Below, piece by piece: positions 18,997 through 27,020 of a DNA stretch of 63,848 nt. The position numbers were made by a program, and so were the translations under genes. This stretch comes from Solirubrobacterales bacterium. GTDB taxonomy: Bacteria; Actinomycetota; Thermoleophilia; Solirubrobacterales; JACPNS01. The notes under the pieces are model-generated. The model was not told the DNA's origin. It saw nothing but the letters and a program-made list of their open reading frames with translations, and did no database searches. The stretch spans positions 1 to 63,848 of the forward strand of contig JBASTN010000041.1 in the NCBI GenBank assembly GCA_049274915.1. The letters run 5' to 3'. Position 1 is the first letter of the stretch, and the number at the start of each line of letters is the position of its first letter.

Positions 18997-19824
18997 ATGC
19001 TGACTGATTACCACGTTCACCTGCGCCCGGACGACTTCGATGCGTATTTCGACGATTACATGACAGCCGACAACGTCGACCGCTACCGCGTTGCCGCGGA
19101 AGAAGCCGGGATCAAAGAACTCGGGGTCAGCGAACATATTCATCGCTTTGCCGACGCGCTGCGCATTTGGGATCACCCGTACTGGCGCGAGAACGGCCGC
19201 GACGATCTCGGACGCTACGTCGACTTCGTTAAGAACGAGACCAGTCTCAGGCTGGGAATCGAGATGGACTACATCGCCGGCCGTGAGGATCGCATCGCGT
19301 CGGTGCTCGACGAGCATGAGTGGGACTACATCGTCGGTTCAGTGCACTTCCTCGAGATGGCCGCGCTCGACTGGGACAAGTACGACATCTGGAAGGAACG
19401 TCAGTCGCCCGAACAGATCTGGAAGGAGTACTTCGACACGCTCGCAGCGGCGGCACGTACCGGTCTGTACGACATCATGGCCCACCCCGACCTGGTCAAG
19501 TACTGGGGCAGTGAGCGGCCGAAGCCAGAGGGTGACCTGAGATTTTTCTACGAGCCAGCGATCGAGGCCTTCGCCGAAGCGGACGTGGCGGTCGAGATTT
19601 CCACTGCCGGACTGCGAAAGCCGGTCGGCGAGATCTATCCGGCTCCGGCTTTCATCGAGATGTGCGTTGACGCCGGTCTGTCATTCGCGCTGTCAAGCGA
19701 TGCGCACGAGCCGATGTATATCGGTCACGGATATGAGAAGGCGACCGAGCTGCTTGCCGCGTGCGGCGTCGAGGAACTTTGCGTGTTCGAGGGCCGACGG
19801 CGCACGCTCGAGCCGATCGGCTGA
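18997..19824 (+). CDS. PHP-family histidinol-phosphatase-like hydrolase
   Basis: MLTDYHVHLRPDD..., SEHIHRF, GSVHF, MAHPDL and SSDAH metal-ligand pattern of PHP (HisK/HisJ-type) enzymes. Confidence 0.75.
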   Translation: MLTDYHVHLRPDDFDAYFDDYMTADNVDRYRVAAEEAGIKELGVSEHIHRFADALRIWDHPYWRENGRDDLGRYVDFVKNETSLRLGIEMDYIAGREDRIASVLDEHEWDYIVGSVHFLEMAALDWDKYDIWKERQSPEQIWKEYFDTLAAAARTGLYDIMAHPDLVKYWGSERPKPEGDLRFFYEPAIEAFAEADVAVEISTAGLRKPVGEIYPAPAFIEMCVDAGLSFALSSDAHEPMYIGHGYEKATELLAACGVEELCVFEGRRRTLEPIG

Positions 19825-19896
19825 GCGAGGAGACGACCCCAGCGCGGACTCTTGCGGCCTACGGCGCGCGTCCGGAGCGATCGCAACTCTGTGAGA

Positions 19897-20388
19897 ATGG
19901 CTTCTGTGACGCGCAGCGGAATAGGATTCGACACACACCAACTCGTCGAAGGGCGGCCGCTGGTGATCGGCGGCGTGACGATCGACCACCCGCTTGGACT
20001 CGAAGGTCACTCCGACGCGGACGTGCTTTCTCACTCGGTTGCCGACGCACTGCTCGGGGCCGCAGCGCTCGGTGACATCGGCGAGCATTTTCCCGACAAC
20101 GATCCGTCCTATGCCGGCGCCGATTCATTGCTGCTGCTGGCGCGTGCCACGGAACTGGTGCATCAGCGCGGGTTCGTAGTCGTCAACGTCGATGCGACGG
20201 TCATCGCCGAACGGCCGCTGATGGGAAAGTTCCGCGGGTCGATGGTCGCCAACCTTTCGACCGCGCTCGGCGTCGCTGTCGACTGCATCAATGTAAAGTT
20301 CACCCGCGGCGAGGGGATGGGATATCTCGGTCGCGGCGAAGGCATCGCGGTGCTCGCAATCGCCTCGATCGCCACCAGCGAGGGCTAG
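19897..20388 (+). CDS. ispF: 2-C-methyl-D-erythritol 2,4-cyclodiphosphate synthase
   Basis: GIGFDTHQL...GHSDADVLSHSVADALLGAAALGDIGEHFP is the canonical IspF motif. Confidence 0.9.
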   Translation: MASVTRSGIGFDTHQLVEGRPLVIGGVTIDHPLGLEGHSDADVLSHSVADALLGAAALGDIGEHFPDNDPSYAGADSLLLLARATELVHQRGFVVVNVDATVIAERPLMGKFRGSMVANLSTALGVAVDCINVKFTRGEGMGYLGRGEGIAVLAIASIATSEG

Positions 20389-20391
20389 TCG

Positions 20392-21642
20392 GTGACCGAC
20401 CCCGCTTCGCCCGCCGTTCGGGTGCGTTTCGCGCCGAGTCCGACCGGTCCCCTGCACGTCGGTTCGGTGCGCACTGCACTGTTGAACTGGCTGTTCGCAC
20501 GCTCCTCGGGCGGAACCGTGCTGCTGAGAATCGACGACACCGACGCTGAGCGCTCATCGGCCGAACTCGAGGCATCGATCCTCGCCGATCTTGAGTGGAT
20601 CGGCCTGCACTGGGACGAAGGCCCCGTCCGGCAGTCTCAGCGGACCGCGCGATACGCCGAGCTACTTGACGAGCTGCCGACGACCGACAGGGACGGCGCA
20701 TACGAGTTCGGCGGTCGCGTTATCGCTCGAGCAGACCGCAGCGCCCTCTACAACCTCGCGACGGCGATCGATGACGTCGACGATCGAATAACCCACGTCC
20801 TGCGCGGCCGCGATCACCTGGCCAACACCCAGCTGCAGTCAGAGATCATCGCCGCGCTCGGTTTCGAGCCACCGGCCTACGTTCACGCCCCGCTGCTGAC
20901 CGGCGCGGATGGGACGAAGCTCTCGAAGCGCTCGGGCGGCGTCGACGAGTCCGGAAAAGGTCTGCCGATCACCGTCGCCGCACTACGTGACGAGGGGTTT
21001 CCGCCGACGGCCATCGCCAATGCGCTCGCTCTTTCGCTCGCAGATTTCGGCACCGACGAGGTGATGCTGACGATCGAACAGATCTCTCAACGCTTCGACC
21101 TGGCGCACCTTCACACCGCCGACTCACAGTTCGACGTCGACAAACTCCGTTGGATTTCCGGCCAGCACATTCGGGCGATGGGCGATCAAGAGCTCGAGGC
21201 GACCCTGCGCAGCGTTGTCGACGACACCGCGCCAAGCGCAGCCAGCCTGCCCGACCCGTTGCCGCCTGCAGCATTGGCGGCAGCACGCACGGGTGGCGTG
21301 ACGTTCGCCGAGTGCGCGGCCACGGCTATTTGGCTGTTCGATCCGCCGCCGCCCGACCAGGCCGCCGCCGCGCTGCTCTCGGCGCCCGAGACGGCTACGG
21401 CCGCCGCCGCGCTAGTTCAGTTACTGCCAGCGCCGCCAGTCGACCTCGCTGCCGCAGAGACCGCCTTCGCCGATCTCAAGCAGTCGCTTCGCGACCAAGG
21501 AGTCAAGCTTGGCCCCGCGCTTCACGGACTGCGAGCGGTTCTGACGGGCCGTGTCGAGGGTCCGGAGTTTCCGTACGTTCTCGCCTCGCTCAGCGTGCAG
21601 CGGCTCGACGCGGTGCGCGAAGTGGCCGCTGCGGCTGGCTGA
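20392..21642 (+). CDS. gltX: Glutamyl-tRNA synthetase homologue lacking the acceptor-binding/zinc subdomain
   Basis: HIGH (PTGPLHVGS), RIDDTD, ITHVLRG and KLSKRS at residues 176-180. An anticodon-binding C-terminus is present (GVKLGPALHGLRAVLTGRVEGPEF). The protein is only 416 aa, and the segment between GAYEF and VIARADRSALYN is reduced to GG. Confidence 0.8.
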   Translation: MTDPASPAVRVRFAPSPTGPLHVGSVRTALLNWLFARSSGGTVLLRIDDTDAERSSAELEASILADLEWIGLHWDEGPVRQSQRTARYAELLDELPTTDRDGAYEFGGRVIARADRSALYNLATAIDDVDDRITHVLRGRDHLANTQLQSEIIAALGFEPPAYVHAPLLTGADGTKLSKRSGGVDESGKGLPITVAALRDEGFPPTAIANALALSLADFGTDEVMLTIEQISQRFDLAHLHTADSQFDVDKLRWISGQHIRAMGDQELEATLRSVVDDTAPSAASLPDPLPPAALAAARTGGVTFAECAATAIWLFDPPPPDQAAAALLSAPETATAAAALVQLLPAPPVDLAAAETAFADLKQSLRDQGVKLGPALHGLRAVLTGRVEGPEFPYVLASLSVQRLDAVREVAAAAG

Positions 21643-21756
21643 ACCGGCGAGGCAACCTCGGCAACTGCGAGTGGGCGCGTAGGCTTTACGTCTCGGGGGA
21701 AAAAAGACAGACATTTCGTGCCTGTAATCGGGCACGGCTTCGGCTCCCGCCAGCCC

Positions 21757-23118
21757 ATGCGCGAAATCAGACTTCATAACACGCTTTCCGGCGCAGTCGA
21801 GCCGCTCGATCCACGCGATCCCGGCAGGATCGGCATCTATGCATGCGGTCCGACGGTCTATTCACGTATCCACATCGGAAACGCCAGGCCGTACGTCGTC
21901 TTCATGCTGCTCAAGCGCTTTCTCGAGCATGAGGGCTACGAGACCACGTTCGCATCGAACGTCACTGACATCAACGACAAGATCTACGTCGCTGCACGAG
22001 AGGCGGGCGTAGCGAGCGATCAGCTCTCCGCCGACATGACGGCCGCCTACTTCGCAGACACGTCCCGCCTCGGGCTCGGCCGTCCCGATGCTGAACCACT
22101 GGCGACAGAGACGGTTCCCGAGATCGTCGAGCTGATCGAAGCGCTGATCGAGCGCGGTCACGCCTACGAAAGCGGGGGAGACGTTTACTTCAGCGTCGGG
22201 TCGTATGACCGTTACGGAGAGCTGTCGAATCGCGATCCCGACCAGATGGATCAAGGCGAGGACGACAACTCGCTTAAGCGCGACGCGCGTGACTTCGCGC
22301 TCTGGAAGACGCGCAAAGACGACGAGGACACCTCGTGGTCGTCGCCCTGGGGTGACGGACGCCCCGGCTGGCACATTGAGTGCAGCGCGATGAGCGAAAC
22401 GATCCTCGGCGTCGACTTCGACATTCACGGCGGTGGCATCGATCTCGTCTTCCCACACCACGAGAACGAATGCGCGCAGACCTATGCCGGCCGCGGCAAG
22501 CCGCTCGCCAGGATCTGGATGCATAACGGAATGGTCCGCTTTGGCGACGAGAAGATGAGCAAGTCGCTCGGCAACGTCTGGCAGCTGCACGAGGCGCTCG
22601 ACGAGCATCCTGCCTCGACATTGATCATGTTCTTCATCAGCGGCCACTACCGGGCGCCGATCGAGTGCACGCCTACGACCTTGGCGCAGGCCGCCGCCAA
22701 CGTCGAGCGGCTGCGCGAATTGGCGCTGCGATTCGACGACGCGTCACCGCCAGATCCCGCCCTGGAAGAGGCTTTGGAGCGTTTCTATGCGGCGCTGGCC
22801 GACGATTTCAACTCACCAGCTGCGATGGCCGCCGTGTTTGAATGGGTACGTGATGCGAACCGGCGAATCGACGCTGGCGAGTCCGTCGGCGGGCGTGCCG
22901 AACTGACCGAGGCACTGGTCGTCTTAGGCCTCGACGCGGTATTCGAGACGGTCGCCGGCGACGAGCCTGATGCACCCGCGCTGGCGTTGCTTGATCAGCG
23001 TCAAGCGGCCCGCGCCGCCAAAGACTTCGAAGCGGCCGATCGTCTGCGCGACGAACTGCTCGCGCGCGGGTGGGTGATCCGGGACACCCCGGAAGGCCCT
23101 CAGCTGAAGATGGCGTAA
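21757..23118 (+). CDS. cysS: Cysteinyl-tRNA synthetase
   Basis: CGPTVYSRIHIGNARP (HIGH), WHIECS and KMSKSLGN. Start at ATG 21757. Confidence 0.9.
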   Translation: MREIRLHNTLSGAVEPLDPRDPGRIGIYACGPTVYSRIHIGNARPYVVFMLLKRFLEHEGYETTFASNVTDINDKIYVAAREAGVASDQLSADMTAAYFADTSRLGLGRPDAEPLATETVPEIVELIEALIERGHAYESGGDVYFSVGSYDRYGELSNRDPDQMDQGEDDNSLKRDARDFALWKTRKDDEDTSWSSPWGDGRPGWHIECSAMSETILGVDFDIHGGGIDLVFPHHENECAQTYAGRGKPLARIWMHNGMVRFGDEKMSKSLGNVWQLHEALDEHPASTLIMFFISGHYRAPIECTPTTLAQAAANVERLRELALRFDDASPPDPALEEALERFYAALADDFNSPAAMAAVFEWVRDANRRIDAGESVGGRAELTEALVVLGLDAVFETVAGDEPDAPALALLDQRQAARAAKDFEAADRLRDELLARGWVIRDTPEGPQLKMA

Positions 23119-23138
23119 CCGCCTAGGCTGCATCGCCG

Positions 23139-23867
23139 ATGATTCTTTACGGCCGAAATCCGGTCCACGAGGCGTTTCGCGGCCCGCGACGAGTCTCGCG
23201 GCTGTGGGTGACATCTGCCGCCGCGCGCGAGTCATGGATCGCCCTGGCGGCGGCCGATGCCAGCATCTCCGTAGACCGTGCCGAATCGGACGAGCTCACT
23301 TCACTGGCGGGGACCGAGGAGCATCAAGGCATCTGTGCCGAGGTGTCGGACTTCCAGTATGCCGACGCCGCTGCGCTGCTGGAACCGGATGACGCCCTTG
23401 TGCTCGTGCTCGACGAGATCCAAGACCCGCACAACCTCGGCGCGCTCGCTCGCGTCGCCGAGAGCGCCGGCGCGACCGGCCTGGTGATCGCAGAGCGCCG
23501 TAGCGCCGAGGTCACTCCGGCCGTCTGTAAAACCTCGGCCGGCGCGGTCGAGCATCTGCGGATCGCCCGCGTCGGCAATATCGCCGATTACCTCGAGAAG
23601 GCCAAAACCGCCGGAGCATGGGTATACGGGGCAAGCGCCGAGGGGACTGCTCGCTACGACCAACCTGACTACAAAGGCAAGGTTGTACTGGTGCTCGGGT
23701 CGGAGGGGCGAGGGCTACGTCCGCGCGTAGAAAAGGCCTGTGATGCGCTGGTCAACATCCCGATGCGCGGGAAAATTGATTCGCTCAATGTCTCAACCGC
23801 TACGGCTGTGCTGGTCTACGCCGTTCTGCAAGATCGAATGCAGAACGAGGACCAAAAAGCACGGTAG
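23139..23867 (+). CDS. rlmB: TrmH/SpoU-family 23S rRNA 2'-O-methyltransferase (RlmB-like)
   Basis: LDEIQDPHNLGALARVAESAGA, LVLGSEGRGLR and IPMRGKIDSLNVSTA. It follows cysS as in Bacillus and Mycobacterium. Confidence 0.8.
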   Translation: MILYGRNPVHEAFRGPRRVSRLWVTSAAARESWIALAAADASISVDRAESDELTSLAGTEEHQGICAEVSDFQYADAAALLEPDDALVLVLDEIQDPHNLGALARVAESAGATGLVIAERRSAEVTPAVCKTSAGAVEHLRIARVGNIADYLEKAKTAGAWVYGASAEGTARYDQPDYKGKVVLVLGSEGRGLRPRVEKACDALVNIPMRGKIDSLNVSTATAVLVYAVLQDRMQNEDQKAR

Positions 23868-24027
23868 TCATAAAAGCGCAATAATTTCCATCCGACGATA
23901 AACCTAAAGTCCAGCTTCAGGTTAGATCTTCCGGCTCGCCGGGGATTAGCGCCTAAAGTTGAACCAAGGAACATATGGCGCAAGTTGGGAGGCATGCGTC
24001 ACGACCACAATGGTGGGATATCCGCAG

Positions 24028-24055
24028 TTGCAAGGGCAAAACTCTTGCATATGCA
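24028..24055 (+). promoter_or_regulatory. Candidate promoter of the SigH-like gene (TTGCAA-16 nt-TATGCA), overlapping the palindrome TGCATATGCA
   Basis: Hexamers at 24028-24033 and 24050-24055 in an AT-rich 210-bp intergenic region. The 10-bp perfect palindrome lies at 24046-24055. Confidence 0.3.
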
Positions 24056-24080
24056 GGTAGATCGCCGAATTGGAGGCTAC

Positions 24081-24824
24081 GTGACCACTGCATCCCAGGC
24101 AGCTGCTGTTTTATCCGACCAGACCGACCAGGAAGAGATTGACGAGCTCGAAGAGCTCGCTCCGCGGACCAATGCCGGCCGAATACGGCAGAAGTCTAAA
24201 GCTTTACCTGAGGTCGATGATCACTACTTGATCGCCCTTGCGAAGGGCGGCAACAAAGAGGCGTACGAGATGGTCGTACAGCGCTACTACGGATTCGTCC
24301 GTTTGAAGGCGTCGTCATATTTTCTCGTCGGCGGCGACTCCGATGATCTGATTCAGGAGGGTCTAGTCGGTCTCTACAAGGCGATACGCGACTACCGGAC
24401 AGACCGCGAATCGAGCTTCCGCAACTTCGCGGAGCTCTGCATTACGCGTCAGATTATTACGGCGGTCAAGACCTCGACGCGCAACAAGCACACCCCGCTC
24501 AACCAGTACGTCTCGTTCAACTCGCCGCCAAGCAGTAGCGATGACGACGGAGATCAGACGCTCGACGAGATGCTGCCGGGGAGCCATGTTCACGACCCCT
24601 GCGTACAGGTAATCAGCAGTGAAGAGCTGAGCAGTCTCGTGGCATGTCTCTCGACCGCGTTGAGTGGACTCGAGGGCGATGTCCTGCGCCTCTACCTTGA
24701 CGGCTACTCCTACGAGCAGATCGGTGAGCAGCTCGGTTGCGACGCAAAAACCGTCGACAACGCCCTTCAACGCGTCAAGCGGAAGGTCGGCGGGCACCTC
24801 GACTCCCGCAACGTGGTCCTTTAG
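24081..24824 (+). CDS. Sigma-70-family factor closely resembling Firmicute SigH (Spo0H)
   Basis: LIQEGLVGLYKAIRDYRTDRESSFRNFAELCITRQIITAVKTSTRNKHTPLNQYVSF parallels the B. subtilis SigH region 2/3 as I remember it. GTG 24081 is preceded by GGAG G 4 nt upstream. The position after rlmB is the SigH position in Bacillus. Confidence 0.7.
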   Translation: MTTASQAAAVLSDQTDQEEIDELEELAPRTNAGRIRQKSKALPEVDDHYLIALAKGGNKEAYEMVVQRYYGFVRLKASSYFLVGGDSDDLIQEGLVGLYKAIRDYRTDRESSFRNFAELCITRQIITAVKTSTRNKHTPLNQYVSFNSPPSSSDDDGDQTLDEMLPGSHVHDPCVQVISSEELSSLVACLSTALSGLEGDVLRLYLDGYSYEQIGEQLGCDAKTVDNALQRVKRKVGGHLDSRNVVL

Positions 24825-24896
24825 CCGCGCCGCCAAGCGCCGCCGCCCACCTGGGAGGCCGGCGGTGACAGCTTGTGGTCACGGCTGTATGGTTCC

Positions 24897-24929
24897 TCCA
24901 CGCCACTCCACGCCACTCCACTCCACGCC
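24897..24929 (+). repeat. 10-bp tandem repeat TCCACGCCAC x2 plus partial copy
   Basis: tccacgccac tccacgccac tccactccacgcc, between the sigma gene and the tRNA. Confidence 0.8.
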
Positions 24930-24981
24930 GAGACGGGTGGGGCGGGGGAACCTCTTGTTCTATGCGTACCCTCGACACTCC

Positions 24982-25054
24982 GCCGGGATAGCTCAGCTGG
25001 TAGAGCAGCCGCCTTGTAAGCGGCAGGTCAGGGGTTCGAGTCCCCTTCCCGGCT
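24982..25054 (+). tRNA. tRNA-Thr (anticodon UGU)
   Basis: The sequence folds by eye as a cloverleaf. The acceptor is GCCGGGA/TCCCGGC, the D arm AGCTCAGCTGGTAGAGC, the anticodon stem GCCGC/GCGGC with loop CTTGTAA, and the T arm AGGGG-TTCGAGT-CCCCT. Discriminator is T and CCA is not encoded. Confidence 0.9.
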
Positions 25055-25087
25055 TGTCTTCGCGCCTCTACGCTTTCACGCCTCCAC

Positions 25088-25141
25088 ACACTGTGCATTT
25101 AGTTCAGAGTGTGCAGTTAATTCACACTGTGCAGTTAATTC
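25088..25141 (+). repeat. 18-bp x3 AT-rich tandem repeat, each unit with a CACnnTGTG-type half-palindrome
   Basis: acactgtgcatttagttc / agagtgtgcagttaattc / acactgtgcagttaattc. It lies between the tRNA-Thr and the plsC-gpsA start. Confidence 0.9.
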
Positions 25142-25206
25142 TGTAACAGTCCGCAGATCGCGGTGTACAACCTTCAACGACGCGTGGGCTTCCGCCGACA
25201 CACGCG

Positions 25207-26964
25207 TTGATCACGACGGTTCGTACGTCTTCATTGATGCCCCCAATCGAACTCCAGCCCCCTGCGGCCGGCTCGACCGAGTCGACGCACAGCGACCAGG
25301 CCCCCGGCCATGCCGATCTCGGCGCACCCGAGCGGTATGACTACTCGGAGTTCCACCGGCGAGCGCGCGAGAAGGGAGTCAACAAGGTCCTTCACTTCCT
25401 CGTGTTCTACACGTTTCTACCGTTCTTCCTGATCTATTTCCGGCTCGACCGGGTCGGCCGCGAACACATCCCCACCGATGGGCCGGTGCTGTTTGCCTCG
25501 AATCACCGCAGTTTTCTCGACCCCTTCATCATCGGCGCGCTCACCAGACGGCCTCTTTTCTACGTCGCGAAAGAGGAGCTTTTCCGTCGACGCTTCCAGG
25601 GTTGGTTTCTGAACTCGCTCGGCGCGATCCCGGTCGCGCGTGGCCAGTCTGATCCGGAGATGCTTGAGACCGCTCGCGCGGTGCTTGCGCGTGGCGACAG
25701 CCTGGTGATCTTTCCCGAGGGGACGCGCATTCGCTCGGGTGCGCTTGGCCGTCCACGGCGCGGCGTCGGGCGGATGGCCCTTGAGACCGGTGCATCGGTT
25801 GTGCCGGTCGCGGTGATCGGTACGGAGGAAGTCCGAAGGGGCTGGCGGATACGCCCGCGCAAGGTGCGGATTCGTACTGGTAACTCGCTCGTTTTCCCGC
25901 AGACCGACAACCCATCGCAGGAACTTGCCGTTGAGGTGACCAACCGGATCTGGCCGCGCATTGAGCTGCAGTGGGAGTGGCTTGGAGGTCTGCCGCCGAT
26001 GCGTAAGGCTGCCGTTATCGGGTCGGGTAGCTGGGGAACCGGCATGGCGGTTCTGCTTTCGCAGGCCGGGATGGAAGTCACGCTCGGCTCGCGCAGCGTC
26101 GAGTCGGCGGAGCGGATAAATCGCGAGCGCCGCAACGAGCGCCTCGCCGAAGTCGACCTGCCGCCGGAACTCGTCGTCAAGCAAGCCGCTCAGATCGAAC
26201 TCTCCGGACAGGATCTCGTGGTTTTCGCGGTCCCGAGCAAGGAACTCCCCAACGCCGTCGCGCAGGCCGCCGACCGGATCGGGTCACGCAGCGCGATCCT
26301 CGTGTTGAGTAAAGGGTTGGTGCCGCCGCTGGGCACGCTGCCGAGCGAGTACGTCGGATCGCGGGTTCGTTCAAGGGCGATCGCCTGTCTCGGCGGTCCG
26401 GCACACGCGGCCGAGGCCGTACTTCAGGGCGCGTCAGTCGTGTTGGCGACCCCCGACGACGCGTTGCGACGCCAGCTCGGCGACGCGCTCGAGAATGCGG
26501 GGCTTCAGGTTGAACGTTCAGACGACCTCGCTGGCACCGAGCTGGCCGGCTGCGCGAAGAACGTCGCTGCGCTCGCCGCCAGTGCTGCCAGCGCTGCGGG
26601 GATGAACGCCGCTGGTGCGGCGGCCGGGCACGCGTTCGTCGAGATCGAACGCCTCGCGCGCAGTTACGGAGCCCATCACGAAACCTTCACCGGCCTCGCT
26701 GGCACCGGCGACCTCGTCGCCACGGTTCTCGCGACCGGCAGCCGCAACCGCCGCGCCGGCGAGCTGCTTGGAGCCGGCGTCAGTGCCGAGCAGATCAAGC
26801 AGGAACTCGGCCACGTCGCCGAAGCCGTCGACACGGTGCCGCTGCTGGCCACATTGCTCGAGGACCACGGATCGGACGCGCCTACGGTCTTCGCGCTTCG
26901 CGACCTGATCGCCGGCACGATCAAACCCGACGAGTGGGTTCGCATCGTCAGACACGCGGCCTAA
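25207..26964 (+). CDS. Fusion of 1-acyl-sn-glycerol-3-phosphate acyltransferase (PlsC-like) and NAD(P)H glycerol-3-phosphate dehydrogenase (GpsA)
   Basis: The N-terminal half has NHRSFLDPF (HX4D) and FPEGTR. The C-terminal half starts MRKAAVIGSGSWGTGMAVLL and continues as GpsA (GPAHAAEA, AGCAKNV). One uninterrupted frame spans both. An internal GGAGG plus ATG lies at 25984-26001. Confidence 0.8.
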   Translation: MITTVRTSSLMPPIELQPPAAGSTESTHSDQAPGHADLGAPERYDYSEFHRRAREKGVNKVLHFLVFYTFLPFFLIYFRLDRVGREHIPTDGPVLFASNHRSFLDPFIIGALTRRPLFYVAKEELFRRRFQGWFLNSLGAIPVARGQSDPEMLETARAVLARGDSLVIFPEGTRIRSGALGRPRRGVGRMALETGASVVPVAVIGTEEVRRGWRIRPRKVRIRTGNSLVFPQTDNPSQELAVEVTNRIWPRIELQWEWLGGLPPMRKAAVIGSGSWGTGMAVLLSQAGMEVTLGSRSVESAERINRERRNERLAEVDLPPELVVKQAAQIELSGQDLVVFAVPSKELPNAVAQAADRIGSRSAILVLSKGLVPPLGTLPSEYVGSRVRSRAIACLGGPAHAAEAVLQGASVVLATPDDALRRQLGDALENAGLQVERSDDLAGTELAGCAKNVAALAASAASAAGMNAAGAAAGHAFVEIERLARSYGAHHETFTGLAGTGDLVATVLATGSRNRRAGELLGAGVSAEQIKQELGHVAEAVDTVPLLATLLEDHGSDAPTVFALRDLIAGTIKPDEWVRIVRHAA

Positions 26965-27020
26965 GTACCGCTCGACATTCGAGCCAAACCGCATCGCACC
27001 GCCCCCGGTAGTCTGGGGTA

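Noticed and set aside
21643-21756. Possible T-box or other leader upstream of cysS
   Set aside because: The gap is only 114 nt. It lacks the T-box sequence (AGGGUGGNACCGCG-like) and a specifier-loop architecture, and shows only a weak 5-bp hairpin.
24982-25141. tRNA-Thr with flanking direct repeats as a genomic-island integration site
   Set aside because: The window has no integrase, excisionase or mobility genes and no partial tRNA duplicate. The flanking genes are core housekeeping genes.
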